A stretch of 20,000 nt of DNA from Myxococcota bacterium (GTDB lineage Bacteria; Myxococcota; Myxococcia; Myxococcales; Myxococcaceae): NCBI GenBank assembly GCA_049322255.1, contig JBMORE010000022.1, forward strand, positions 170,900-190,899. The letters run 5' to 3'. The position numbers and the translations under genes were made by a program. A model generated the notes under the pieces. That model saw only the letters and a program-made list of their open reading frames with translations. It searched no databases and was not told the origin of the DNA. Shown here in pieces: positions 9,165 to 16,965 of the stretch; position 1 is the first letter of the stretch, and the number at the start of each line of letters is the position of its first letter.

Positions 9165-10355
9165 GTGACGGAATTCACGTTCTGGTCAGCGGCATTCCTT
9201 CTCCTCTACACGTACTTCTTTTACCCACTGGGGCTGGTCTTGGCCGACGCCATGGCCCGGCTTTGGGCAAACGCCCGAAACGTGCGCGCGCTGCCCAACA
9301 TGAAGATGCAGCGCACGCCGCCACGGGAGGAGTGGCCGGCGGTCACAGTGGTGGTGGCCGCGCACAACGAGGCGCCGGTGATTCGTGAAAAAATCGCCAA
9401 CACCCTCGCCCTCGACTACCCGAAAGACAAGCTGCAGCTCATCGTCGGCTCCGACGGCTCGACCGACGGCACCGACGAGTGGGTGCGCGCGGTCAAGGAC
9501 GAGCGGGTGGTGCTCTCGAGCGCGCCGCGGGCGGGCAAGACCAGCGTGCTCAACCGCTGCGTGCCGCTGGCGACCGGGCAAATCATCGTCCTCACCGATG
9601 CAAACACCCTGCTCGATGCGCAGGCGGTGAAGCGGCTGGTGCGGCGCTTCGACGACCCAGAGGTGGGAGCGGTCTGCGGCCGGTTGGTGCTGCGCCACCC
9701 CGGCGACCCCGAGTACCGCGAGAGCGCCTACTGGGCCTACGAGTCGCTCCTCAAGCTCTACGAAGGAGCGCGGGGCGCGGTGATGGGAGCCAACGGCGGG
9801 CTATACGCCTTGCGCAAGTCGCTGTTCACCGCCCTGCCGCCGTCGACGATCGTCGACGACCTCGTCATTCCGCTGAAAGTCGTCGAGCGTGGGTGGCGCT
9901 TCGTCTACGAGCCCTTGGCGGTGGCCGCGGAAGAGACGGCAGCGAGCTACGACGAGGAGTTCGGACGCCGCGCCCGCATCGCGGCGGGAAACTTCCAGGC
10001 AGTGAAGCTTTTACGCGGGCTGTGGTGGCCGCCGCGAAGCTTCGCCGCCTTCGCCTTCCTCTCCCACAAGCTGATCCGATGGTCGGCTCCCTCCCTGCTG
10101 CTACAGGCGCTGGTGGCGAGCGCGCTGCTGGTGGCGCACCCGTTTTACCGTGTGGCGCTCCTTGGGCAGCTGTGCTTCTACGCGTTGGCGCTCGCCGGCC
10201 GCTTCACGGTGTTCCGCGGAGCCCTGCGCCGCGTCGCCTCGGTGGCGTACTACTTCGTGGCGATGAACTTGGCGATCGCCGTGGGCTTTTGGCGCTACCT
10301 GCGCAACAGCCAGCGGGCGGCGTGGGAGCGCACCGCGCGAGTGGTGGCCCGCTGA
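9165..10355 (+). CDS. Membrane glycosyltransferase family 2 (CESA-like, IcaA/PgaC-related), about 396 aa
   Basis: VVVAAHNE, GSDGSTDGT, LTDAN, GANGGLYALRK, VDDL and RRARIAAG, with N- and C-terminal TM segments. Strong SD before GTG 9165. Confidence 0.9.
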   Translation: MTEFTFWSAAFLLLYTYFFYPLGLVLADAMARLWANARNVRALPNMKMQRTPPREEWPAVTVVVAAHNEAPVIREKIANTLALDYPKDKLQLIVGSDGSTDGTDEWVRAVKDERVVLSSAPRAGKTSVLNRCVPLATGQIIVLTDANTLLDAQAVKRLVRRFDDPEVGAVCGRLVLRHPGDPEYRESAYWAYESLLKLYEGARGAVMGANGGLYALRKSLFTALPPSTIVDDLVIPLKVVERGWRFVYEPLAVAAEETAASYDEEFGRRARIAAGNFQAVKLLRGLWWPPRSFAAFAFLSHKLIRWSAPSLLLQALVASALLVAHPFYRVALLGQLCFYALALAGRFTVFRGALRRVASVAYYFVAMNLAIAVGFWRYLRNSQRAAWERTARVVAR

Positions 10356-10372
10356 TAGGGCGAAAACCGAAA

Positions 10373-11107
10373 TCAGCGCGAGGCGTGGCGCGGCCCGTCG
10401 GGCAGCACGGTGGCGTACGCGGCGAAGAGCTGCCCGGTGAGCACCGGGGCGTGGCCGGGGCCGGAGGCGCGCAGGTAGTCGTTGAGCTTGCGCCCGTTTT
10501 TAGGGTCGGTGTGGACGTCCTTGCGCGTCAGGTTCATTCGGTAGCGCACGACGCCACGGCTGACTCGGTGAATGACCAGCACCGTGCCGTCTTCGAGCAC
10601 CGACTCCACCAGCCCGACGTGGGTCAGACCGTCGTTCGTGCGCCCATCGCGGTTGACGTCGTACGTCTCGCGGAAGAAGGCGAGGTCGCCCGCGACGGGA
10701 CGGCCTCCCGTGTAAACCCGTCCGCGGGCGGCGGCGAACCGGTAGATGGCTGTCACCCCGTTGTCGCCCGGGCGTGCGTGCGAGCTCAAGTCGAGGCCGA
10801 GCTGCTCGTAGACCCCGCGGACCAACCCCGTGCAGTCGTCAGGGTAGCGCCGGCCCGAGAGCTCCACGTTCGGCTGACCGACGAGGCGGCGGGCGAGCTC
10901 CACCGCGAGGTCTCGCCCTCCCCGGGGAGCTCGAGCGATGACGGCTGCACCCTCGTGGGCCGGGGGCACGGGGCGGGGCAGGGCGGCGGGAGCGAACGGC
11001 TGGTGCCGGCCTGTGCGAAAACCTGCATGTCCGCCGAGTGGGGCGCCCGTGGCGCACGCGGTGACGGCGAGGACGAGGAGCGGGGCGGCAGCAGCGAGGC
11101 GTCCCAT
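10373..11107 (-). CDS. CHAP/NlpC-P60 family cysteine peptidase lipoprotein, about 244 aa
   Basis: Signal peptide with lipobox (LLVLAVTA-C); catalytic DCTGLV, GDLAFF, THVGLV and a downstream VIH. The start was trimmed to ATG 11107. Confidence 0.87.
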   Translation of the reverse strand: MGRLAAAAPLLVLAVTACATGAPLGGHAGFRTGRHQPFAPAALPRPVPPAHEGAAVIARAPRGGRDLAVELARRLVGQPNVELSGRRYPDDCTGLVRGVYEQLGLDLSSHARPGDNGVTAIYRFAAARGRVYTGGRPVAGDLAFFRETYDVNRDGRTNDGLTHVGLVESVLEDGTVLVIHRVSRGVVRYRMNLTRKDVHTDPKNGRKLNDYLRASGPGHAPVLTGQLFAAYATVLPDGPRHASR

Positions 11108-11178
11108 GGCGGAATGGTGAGGGAACCGGCGGGCAAGGTCAAAATCCCGGCGCTGCGCATGGTACGGTGCCCAGCTTC
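11108..11178. promoter_or_regulatory. Overlapping divergent sigma70-type promoters
   Basis: Minus strand: TTGACC (11142-11137)-N17-CACCAT-N6-ATG. Plus strand: extended -10 TGgTACGGT (11160-11168), 10 nt before GTG 11179. Confidence 0.6.
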
Positions 11179-12855
11179 GTGCGTTACGTCTTCTTCCTGT
11201 TCGTGCTCGTGTCAACCACCCTGGGGTGCCGGGCGAGCGGCTACCGCGCGGCGATGCAGGAAGATTCCGCCGAAGGTTACCGTCGTTTCCTGCGCGCTCA
11301 CCCCGACGACGACGACGCGCCTTCCGCCCAAGCCCGGCTGGCGGAGCTGGAGTTCGAAGCGGCCGCGAAAGTGCACACCGTGGTGGCCTACAAGCGCTTT
11401 CTCGAGGAATTCCCCGAAGCCACCGAGGCGAGAGCGGCGCGTGCGCGTCTCGAAGGTCTGCGTTTCAACACGGCGAAGGAGACGGGTACGGCGCAGGCGC
11501 TGCGCCAGTTCATCAGCGATCACCCGGACGGCGCCCATCGACAAGAGGCCGACCGCCTGCTGGCCGAGGCGGAGCTGGGGGAGGTGTCCCGCATCGACGA
11601 CCCTGCGCGGCTGGCGCGCATCGCCGCAGAGCTCAAGGACGATCCTCGTTCGCGCGAAGCGGCTGATCGGCTCGATGCACAGACATTCGCGGCGGCGAAG
11701 ACGGCAGGCGCGGCCAAGCTGCTTGCGTACCTGCGCGACTTTCCCGCAGGGGGGCACCGGCAGGAGGCGATGGCGCTTTTGCACGGTTTGCGCCTTGAGG
11801 GGCTCCTTTTCTCCGGGCTCTTGGACGAGGCACGCGCCGAGGCCGCCCAATCGCCGCTGTCTGCGCGCGTGGTGGGCCTGGAGGCCCTTTTCCAGCACGC
11901 CGAGGCGGCGCAGAGGTTGGGGCAGGCGAACGAGCCCCTCGCCCGGTCCGCCCAGGCGCCGCACTACCTGCGCGCGCTCGTCGATTTGGAGAAGGCGTTG
12001 CAAGCGCCCGACCCGCTCGATCGGTGGCAGGCGGCGGAGGAGCTGGGGCAACACGTCACCCTCCGTGCCGTCGACCCGCTGCTCGACGCTTTTCGCCGCG
12101 CCCCCAACCCGCTGGTGCGCCAGCGCGCTTTCGAGTCGCTCGGCTCGGTCTTACGTGCTCTGCCGCGGGGAGTGGCCGACTACGAGGTCGCCGTTCGACT
12201 CGACGCGTTGCACGCCAACGCCGGCGACGTCGAGGTGCACCTGGCGATCGCGGCGCTGCTCGATCTCTCCGGGCAGCTCGAGGTAGCGGCGGCCGAGTAC
12301 CAGAAGGCCTTCGATCGCAGCGCTCCCGATCCGGTGATTTTGCGGCGCTGGGCGCAGATTCGCCGCGAGCGTCGCCAGTTCTTCTCCGCCGCGGTGGCGG
12401 CCCGGCAGCTCGCCTCGTGGGCGCAAGAAGTGGCGCAGGCGCAAACACCGTCGTCGCCTGCCACGGCTTTGCTACCGGCGCGGCAGCTGTGTGCAGCGGT
12501 GAACGCCACTCGCTACGCGCTGGAGGTGATCGCCGAGGCGCGCGCGCAACAGACAGAGTTCCCCGAAGACCTCGCCGCCTTCGAGGCCCGTGCACGCGAT
12601 GCCCAAAAGCTCGCCCAGGCCCGCCTTGCAGACGCCGAGCTGCTCTTGCGTACCGCCGACCGGCACGCCCGTGCCTGTGACGACCGCCAGGTCAGCGAAC
12701 GCATCGCCGAGGGAGAGAAGGCCCGCGCCGAGGCACTGCGGGCAGCAAGAAAGAAGCTCCCCAAGTTGGCACCCGCGCTCATCGAGCTGGCCTCGCAGCG
12801 CGACCCCTCACCCGCCATTCGGATGCTGGCGACGAGCCTGCTCCCTCTCCCATAG
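11179..12855 (+). CDS. Helical-repeat/HEAT-repeat lipoprotein, about 558 aa (alternative start 11167)
   Basis: MRYVFFLFVLVSTTLG-C lipobox; five repeats of about 37 aa (YRRFLRAHPD..., YKRFLEEFPE...); HEAT-like DPLDRWQAAEELG, NPLVRQRAFESLG and DPSPAIRMLA. Confidence 0.82.
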   Translation: MRYVFFLFVLVSTTLGCRASGYRAAMQEDSAEGYRRFLRAHPDDDDAPSAQARLAELEFEAAAKVHTVVAYKRFLEEFPEATEARAARARLEGLRFNTAKETGTAQALRQFISDHPDGAHRQEADRLLAEAELGEVSRIDDPARLARIAAELKDDPRSREAADRLDAQTFAAAKTAGAAKLLAYLRDFPAGGHRQEAMALLHGLRLEGLLFSGLLDEARAEAAQSPLSARVVGLEALFQHAEAAQRLGQANEPLARSAQAPHYLRALVDLEKALQAPDPLDRWQAAEELGQHVTLRAVDPLLDAFRRAPNPLVRQRAFESLGSVLRALPRGVADYEVAVRLDALHANAGDVEVHLAIAALLDLSGQLEVAAAEYQKAFDRSAPDPVILRRWAQIRRERRQFFSAAVAARQLASWAQEVAQAQTPSSPATALLPARQLCAAVNATRYALEVIAEARAQQTEFPEDLAAFEARARDAQKLAQARLADAELLLRTADRHARACDDRQVSERIAEGEKARAEALRAARKKLPKLAPALIELASQRDPSPAIRMLATSLLPLP

Positions 12856-12864
12856 GAGGAAGGT

Positions 12865-14184
12865 CTAGCCGAAGAACAAGCGGCAGACGAGGGTGGCGCC
12901 GACGATACCGGCGAGGTCCGCGGCCAGGCAGGCGACCACCGTATGGCGGGTCGCGCGCACCTGCACGCTGCCACAGTAGACGGCCAGCACGTAGAAGGTC
13001 GTCTCCATGCTCCCGTTGAGGACGGACACCAGGTAGCCCACGAACGAGTCGGGCCCTTCGTTGCGCATCGTCTCGGTCATCACCGCAAGCGCGCCACTGC
13101 CCGACAGAGGGCGGATGAGCGCCATCGGCAGCGCCCGTGCGGGGAAGCCCACTGCCTCGGTGAAGGGGCCGATCGCCGCGACGAAGGCCTCCATCGCTCC
13201 CGAGGCGCGGAGCATGCCGATCGCCACCAGGATCGCCACGAGGAAAGGGATGATCACCACCGCGATCTGAAAGCCCTCTTTCGCCGAGGAGACGAAGACC
13301 TCGTACACCTTGACGTGGCGGCCCATGCCGAAGAGGACGATCGCCACCATCAAGAGCGGCAAGAGCCAGTCGGAGAGGAGCTGCCGGGCGAGCTCGAGCC
13401 GCGCGGTCTCCACCCGAGCATGGGTGAACTGACGCACCAGCGCGAACGCGATCGCCGCGCCTACCAAGAGGGCGATGCCCATGCGCACCGGGCTGGTGGG
13501 CGGCCGCAGCGCAGCGACCTCTTCGGCCTGCTCGATGCCGGCGATGCTCTTGGCGGGCTCCTTCGCCGGTTCGGGCTTGGCGGCTTCCGCGTGCTTCTGT
13601 GGCGCAAAGAGCGGTAGCCGCTCGGTGAGCTTGGCCACCACGATCGCCACCACGGTCGAGAGGGAGGTCGCGAGCAAGGAGGGGACGAGAATGCCCGCCG
13701 GATCCTTCGAGCCCAAGGTGGCGCGCACCGCCACTGCGCCCAAGGCGAGCACCGCCACGCCCGAGGTGTTGATCGCCAAAAAAAGCGCCATCGCGTTGGT
13801 GGCGACACCGCGGTGCGGGTTGAGCTTGTCGAGCTCGTTCATCGCCTTGAGCCCGAAGGGCGTGGCGGCGTTCCCCAACCCCAGCATGTTGGCGGCGAGG
13901 TTCATGATCATCGCCCCCATCGCCGGGTGCTCGGGGGGCACGTCGGGGAAGAGGCGGGTCATCACCGGCTTGAGCGCGCGGGCGATCGAGCGCATCAACC
14001 CTGCTTCGCGCAACACGCCCATGAACCCCAGCCACAGCGCCATCTGTCCGATGAGCTTGATGGCCAACGTCACCGCCGAGTCTGCCGATTCGATGGTCGC
14101 CTTGGTCACTTGGGGCATCGTCCCGTTGAAGGCAGCGGTGACGACCGAGACGGCGATGAGCCCTAAAAAGATCCAGTTGAGCAC
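12865..14184 (-). CDS. Fused SpmA/SpmB (nucleoside-recognition Gate domain) membrane protein, about 439 aa
   Basis: SpmA-like half: LNWIF..., PVMTRLFPDVP, NLAANMLGLGNAATPFGLKAM, FLAINTS. SpmB-like half: VYEVFVSSAKEGF, PMALIRPLSGSGA, GSMETTFYVLAVY. Likely start is GTG at 14184. Confidence 0.9.
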   Translation of the reverse strand: MLNWIFLGLIAVSVVTAAFNGTMPQVTKATIESADSAVTLAIKLIGQMALWLGFMGVLREAGLMRSIARALKPVMTRLFPDVPPEHPAMGAMIMNLAANMLGLGNAATPFGLKAMNELDKLNPHRGVATNAMALFLAINTSGVAVLALGAVAVRATLGSKDPAGILVPSLLATSLSTVVAIVVAKLTERLPLFAPQKHAEAAKPEPAKEPAKSIAGIEQAEEVAALRPPTSPVRMGIALLVGAAIAFALVRQFTHARVETARLELARQLLSDWLLPLLMVAIVLFGMGRHVKVYEVFVSSAKEGFQIAVVIIPFLVAILVAIGMLRASGAMEAFVAAIGPFTEAVGFPARALPMALIRPLSGSGALAVMTETMRNEGPDSFVGYLVSVLNGSMETTFYVLAVYCGSVQVRATRHTVVACLAADLAGIVGATLVCRLFFG

Positions 14185-14234
14185 CCGCCGATGAAAGCCG
14201 CGCGCTTGCCCGGGCACAAGAAATCAGCACAGCG

Positions 14235-14262
14235 CCCCCTGGGAGAGGGTAGGGGTGAGGGG
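14235..14262 (+). repeat. Partial BoxC/REP-like purine-rich intergenic element
   Basis: CCCCCTGGGAGAGGGTAGGGGTGAGGGG resembles the GGGAGAGGGnnGGGGTGAGGG class of intergenic repeats. This is a recalled resemblance; only one good copy is in the window. Confidence 0.55.
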
Positions 14263-14269
14263 CGGCAGC

Positions 14270-15343
14270 TTAGACCTCCGCCCGCCGAAAGAAGCGTGTC
14301 TGCCGGTAGCCGTCGAGGGCCGCCTGAGCCGCTACCTTGAGCAGCGCGGCGATGGGCACCGACAGGAGCAGCCCCATGAACCCGAAGAGCTGGGCGCCCA
14401 CCGCGAGGGCCACGATGACGGTGAGGGGCGACAGCCGCGCGCGCGAGCCGACGATCCACGGAGAGATGAAGACGCCCTGGATGGTCTGGATGAGGAGGAA
14501 GGCCGCCGCCACCCACAGGGCATCGACGGGATGGCCTCCGGCGAGGGCCAGCAACATGCCCAGTGTCAGTGCAATGGCGTTGCCCAGATAGGGAATGAGC
14601 TCGCCGATCCCCGCCAGAAGGCCAATCACGATCGCCAGGGGAATGCCGATGATGGAAAAGGCGATGGAGTACATCGTGGCCAGGATGGCGGCGACCAACA
14701 GCTGCCCGCGCACGAAGCCGGAGAGCACACGGTCAAGGTCCTCGCCCCGACGGAGGAAGCGTTCGCGCCACCGCACCGGGACGAGCTGCTGAATCGAGCC
14801 TGTCACCCGGTGGTAGCCCTTGAGCATCAGGAACGAAAAGATGGGCACGAAGAGAATGGTGCTGGCGACGGCGGCGACGCCCGAGCCGGCCTGCGCCGCC
14901 CAGCGGGCGAGGGTTTCACCCGTGGGCGCGGCCTTGCGAACACTGCCAGCCACGGCACTGGCCAGCCGGTCGAGCCAGCGCGCAGCCTCAGGTGAAAGCC
15001 AGCCATGAAAGCGCTCCCAGAGCGAGCCCACCTGTCTTCGCAGCTCGTCGAACGTCTGGCCGGCTCCCTGGAGCTGAGTGACGACCGCCGGCGCTACCAG
15101 CCCGATGACCAGCACCAACAGGACGGTTCCCAGGAGCCCGACGCACAGCACCGCCAGCACCCGTGGGACACGCCGGTCGAGTCGGTCGACCAGCGGCAGG
15201 AGTGCGTACGAGAGCAACCCCGAGAGGAGCAACACGGCCACGGTGTGTGGGAAGGCGACGTACAAAAGAGCGAGGAAAAGCATCGTCGCGGTGATGGTCC
15301 CCGCGAAGGCGAAATCCGCCCGCCGTGCGTCCCGAGCCTCCAC
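14270..15343 (-). CDS. AI-2E (UPF0118/PerM) family transporter, 357 aa
   Basis: Multi-TM protein with LSYALLPLVDRL, SGFVRGQLLVA, IGELIPYLG, ISPWIVGSRARLSPL and GFMGLLLSVPIAALLK. Confidence 0.92.
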   Translation of the reverse strand: MEARDARRADFAFAGTITATMLFLALLYVAFPHTVAVLLLSGLLSYALLPLVDRLDRRVPRVLAVLCVGLLGTVLLVLVIGLVAPAVVTQLQGAGQTFDELRRQVGSLWERFHGWLSPEAARWLDRLASAVAGSVRKAAPTGETLARWAAQAGSGVAAVASTILFVPIFSFLMLKGYHRVTGSIQQLVPVRWRERFLRRGEDLDRVLSGFVRGQLLVAAILATMYSIAFSIIGIPLAIVIGLLAGIGELIPYLGNAIALTLGMLLALAGGHPVDALWVAAAFLLIQTIQGVFISPWIVGSRARLSPLTVIVALAVGAQLFGFMGLLLSVPIAALLKVAAQAALDGYRQTRFFRRAEV

Positions 15344-15408
15344 GCCGCAAACATGGTGAGCGGCCGGGCGGCCGTCAGCGATCCCGCGTCTGATTGCTTG
15401 ATCGTCCG

Positions 15409-16356
15409 TCAGTCTGCCGAGAGGAGCCTCTCCGCCTCGGCTGCGAATCGGCCGCGCGGAAAGCGCTCCCGATAGCGACGCAGGTCCGCCTGGGCGCCAG
15501 GGACGTCGTCTCGCCGCGCGCGGGCGGAGGCGCGGCCGAACAAGGCACGCTCTTCCACCACGAGAGAGCGAGGGCCCGCGAGGAGCTCGTCGAACACCCG
15601 CTCGGCGTCGCGCGCTCGCCCCGCCTGAAGCAGGAGCTCTCCGTGCAGGGCCCGTGTTTCAGCGCCACGAGGCATGCGCTCGAAGTCCGCCCCGCTCAAA
15701 GGTTCGAGCTCGGCGAGCGCATCGGTTGGCCGCCGGAGCGCGATGAGCGCTTGCAGCCGACGGAGCCGCGCTTCATCGGTGAGCTGTCCCCCCGGGAAGC
15801 GCTGGCGGTGCAGGTCGAGGGTCGCCAGCGCTCCCTGGGCGTCGTGCTCGAGCAGCTGCGAGATGGCCTTGCCCAAGAGCGCGGCCTCGGTCGTCAGGCT
15901 GCCATCGTCGCCGGCCGAAGTGTTCTGGGCCGGCGGCGGCTTTTCGGCGCGCCGGGCCGGCGTACCTTTGGCCACTCGCACCGGCGGGCGCGTGGGAGTT
16001 TCAGCGGCGGCCGCGGGCATCGTCAGATCCATCGCCTCGAAGTCGAGCGTGGGGGAAATCGACGGCGGCGAAGCTGCCTCCTCGATGACCACTTTCGCCG
16101 TCTCTTCGACTGCCCCTCCGGGCTGATGCAGCGCCACCAGTTCATAGAGCGCGGCGAAGGCCAGCGGTGCGCCCAAGAAAGCGCCCGTGCCGAGAACGAG
16201 CTTGAGCCAGCGGGGCAGGCGACGCTCTTGCGACAGGCGCGCGCGCAGGCGGTGCTCGATGCGTTCCACCTGTTCGTTGGTCAGCGGCGCGGGGGTAGGC
16301 AGGGCGCGAAAGACTGCTTCGGCGTGTGGATCTTCCCAGCTTTTGGGGACGCTCAT
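15409..16356 (-). CDS. Putative membrane-anchored anti-sigma factor with C-terminal TPR-like domain, about 315 aa
   Basis: ATG 16356 overlaps the sigma stop (ATGA) and follows SD AAGGAGG. Short N-terminal helical domain, TM segment LVLGTGAFLGAPLAFAALYELVAL, Pro/Ala linker, then helical repeats ending YRERFPRGRFAAEAERLL. Confidence 0.75.
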   Translation of the reverse strand: MSVPKSWEDPHAEAVFRALPTPAPLTNEQVERIEHRLRARLSQERRLPRWLKLVLGTGAFLGAPLAFAALYELVALHQPGGAVEETAKVVIEEAASPPSISPTLDFEAMDLTMPAAAAETPTRPPVRVAKGTPARRAEKPPPAQNTSAGDDGSLTTEAALLGKAISQLLEHDAQGALATLDLHRQRFPGGQLTDEARLRRLQALIALRRPTDALAELEPLSGADFERMPRGAETRALHGELLLQAGRARDAERVFDELLAGPRSLVVEERALFGRASARARRDDVPGAQADLRRYRERFPRGRFAAEAERLLSAD

Positions 16357-16937
16357 CTGCCGCCCTCCTTCCCCTCCAGCGCGGCGAGGCGCTTGGAAAA
16401 GTCGCTGCGGGCCCGGTGCAGCCACACCCACACCGTGGCCACCCGCGCTCCGGTCAGCTCGGCGATCTTTTCGCCGCTCATTCCCTCCAGCTCGAAGAGA
16501 ACGAGCACCGTGCGGTACTTGTCCTTCATCTGATCGAGCACCCGCCAGACCCGTTCCGAGTCTTGGCGCGCCTCCACCGCCGCCGAGGGAGTCGGAGCGT
16601 CGCTCTCGAGGGCGCCGCCCACTTCCTCCGAGGTTCCCCCGAGCCAATGGCGCCAGCGCTCTTTACGGCGCCGGTGACGCACCACGTTGTCGGTGATGCG
16701 ATAGAGCCAGGTGCTCACCGCCGCGTCGCCGCGAAACCCGCCCAGCTTGCGGTGCACCGCGAGAAAAACTTCCTGCACGACATCCTCCACGTCGATCGCC
16801 GGCCCGCCCAACCGCCTCGCCCAGCGCGCCACCAACTGCACGTGCGCGCGGTACACTTCCTCCACCGTGAGCGGCGCGCTCTTTTGCACCTCGCCCATCA
16901 AGGGCTTTCTTGCCACGGCTTGAAGCAAGGGACGCAT
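16353..16937 (-). CDS. ECF-subfamily RNA polymerase sigma factor (start 16937 or 16898)
   Basis: Region 2: DVEDVVQEVFL...FRGDAAVSTWLYRI. Region 4: LDQMKDKYRTVLVLFELEGMSGEKIAELTG...TVWVWLHRAR. Confidence 0.93.
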   Translation of the reverse strand: MRPLLQAVARKPLMGEVQKSAPLTVEEVYRAHVQLVARWARRLGGPAIDVEDVVQEVFLAVHRKLGGFRGDAAVSTWLYRITDNVVRHRRRKERWRHWLGGTSEEVGGALESDAPTPSAAVEARQDSERVWRVLDQMKDKYRTVLVLFELEGMSGEKIAELTGARVATVWVWLHRARSDFSKRLAALEGKEGGR

Positions 16938-16965
16938 GGATGGTGACTGAAGGCAGGAAGACCTT

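Noticed and set aside
9479..12286. 935-aa + strand ORF
   Set aside because: Arg/Ala/Gly-rich with no domain motifs; it overlaps three well-supported genes out of frame or antisense. This is a stop-poor shadow frame in high-GC DNA.
12865..14184. SpmAB as evidence of Bacillus-type endospore formation
   Set aside because: SpmA/SpmB homologues, including fusions, occur widely in non-endospore-forming bacteria.
16357..16647. N-terminal extension of the anti-sigma ORF into the sigma gene
   Set aside because: The ATGA overlap with a good SD at 16356 explains the real start; there is no sign of a frameshift or fusion.
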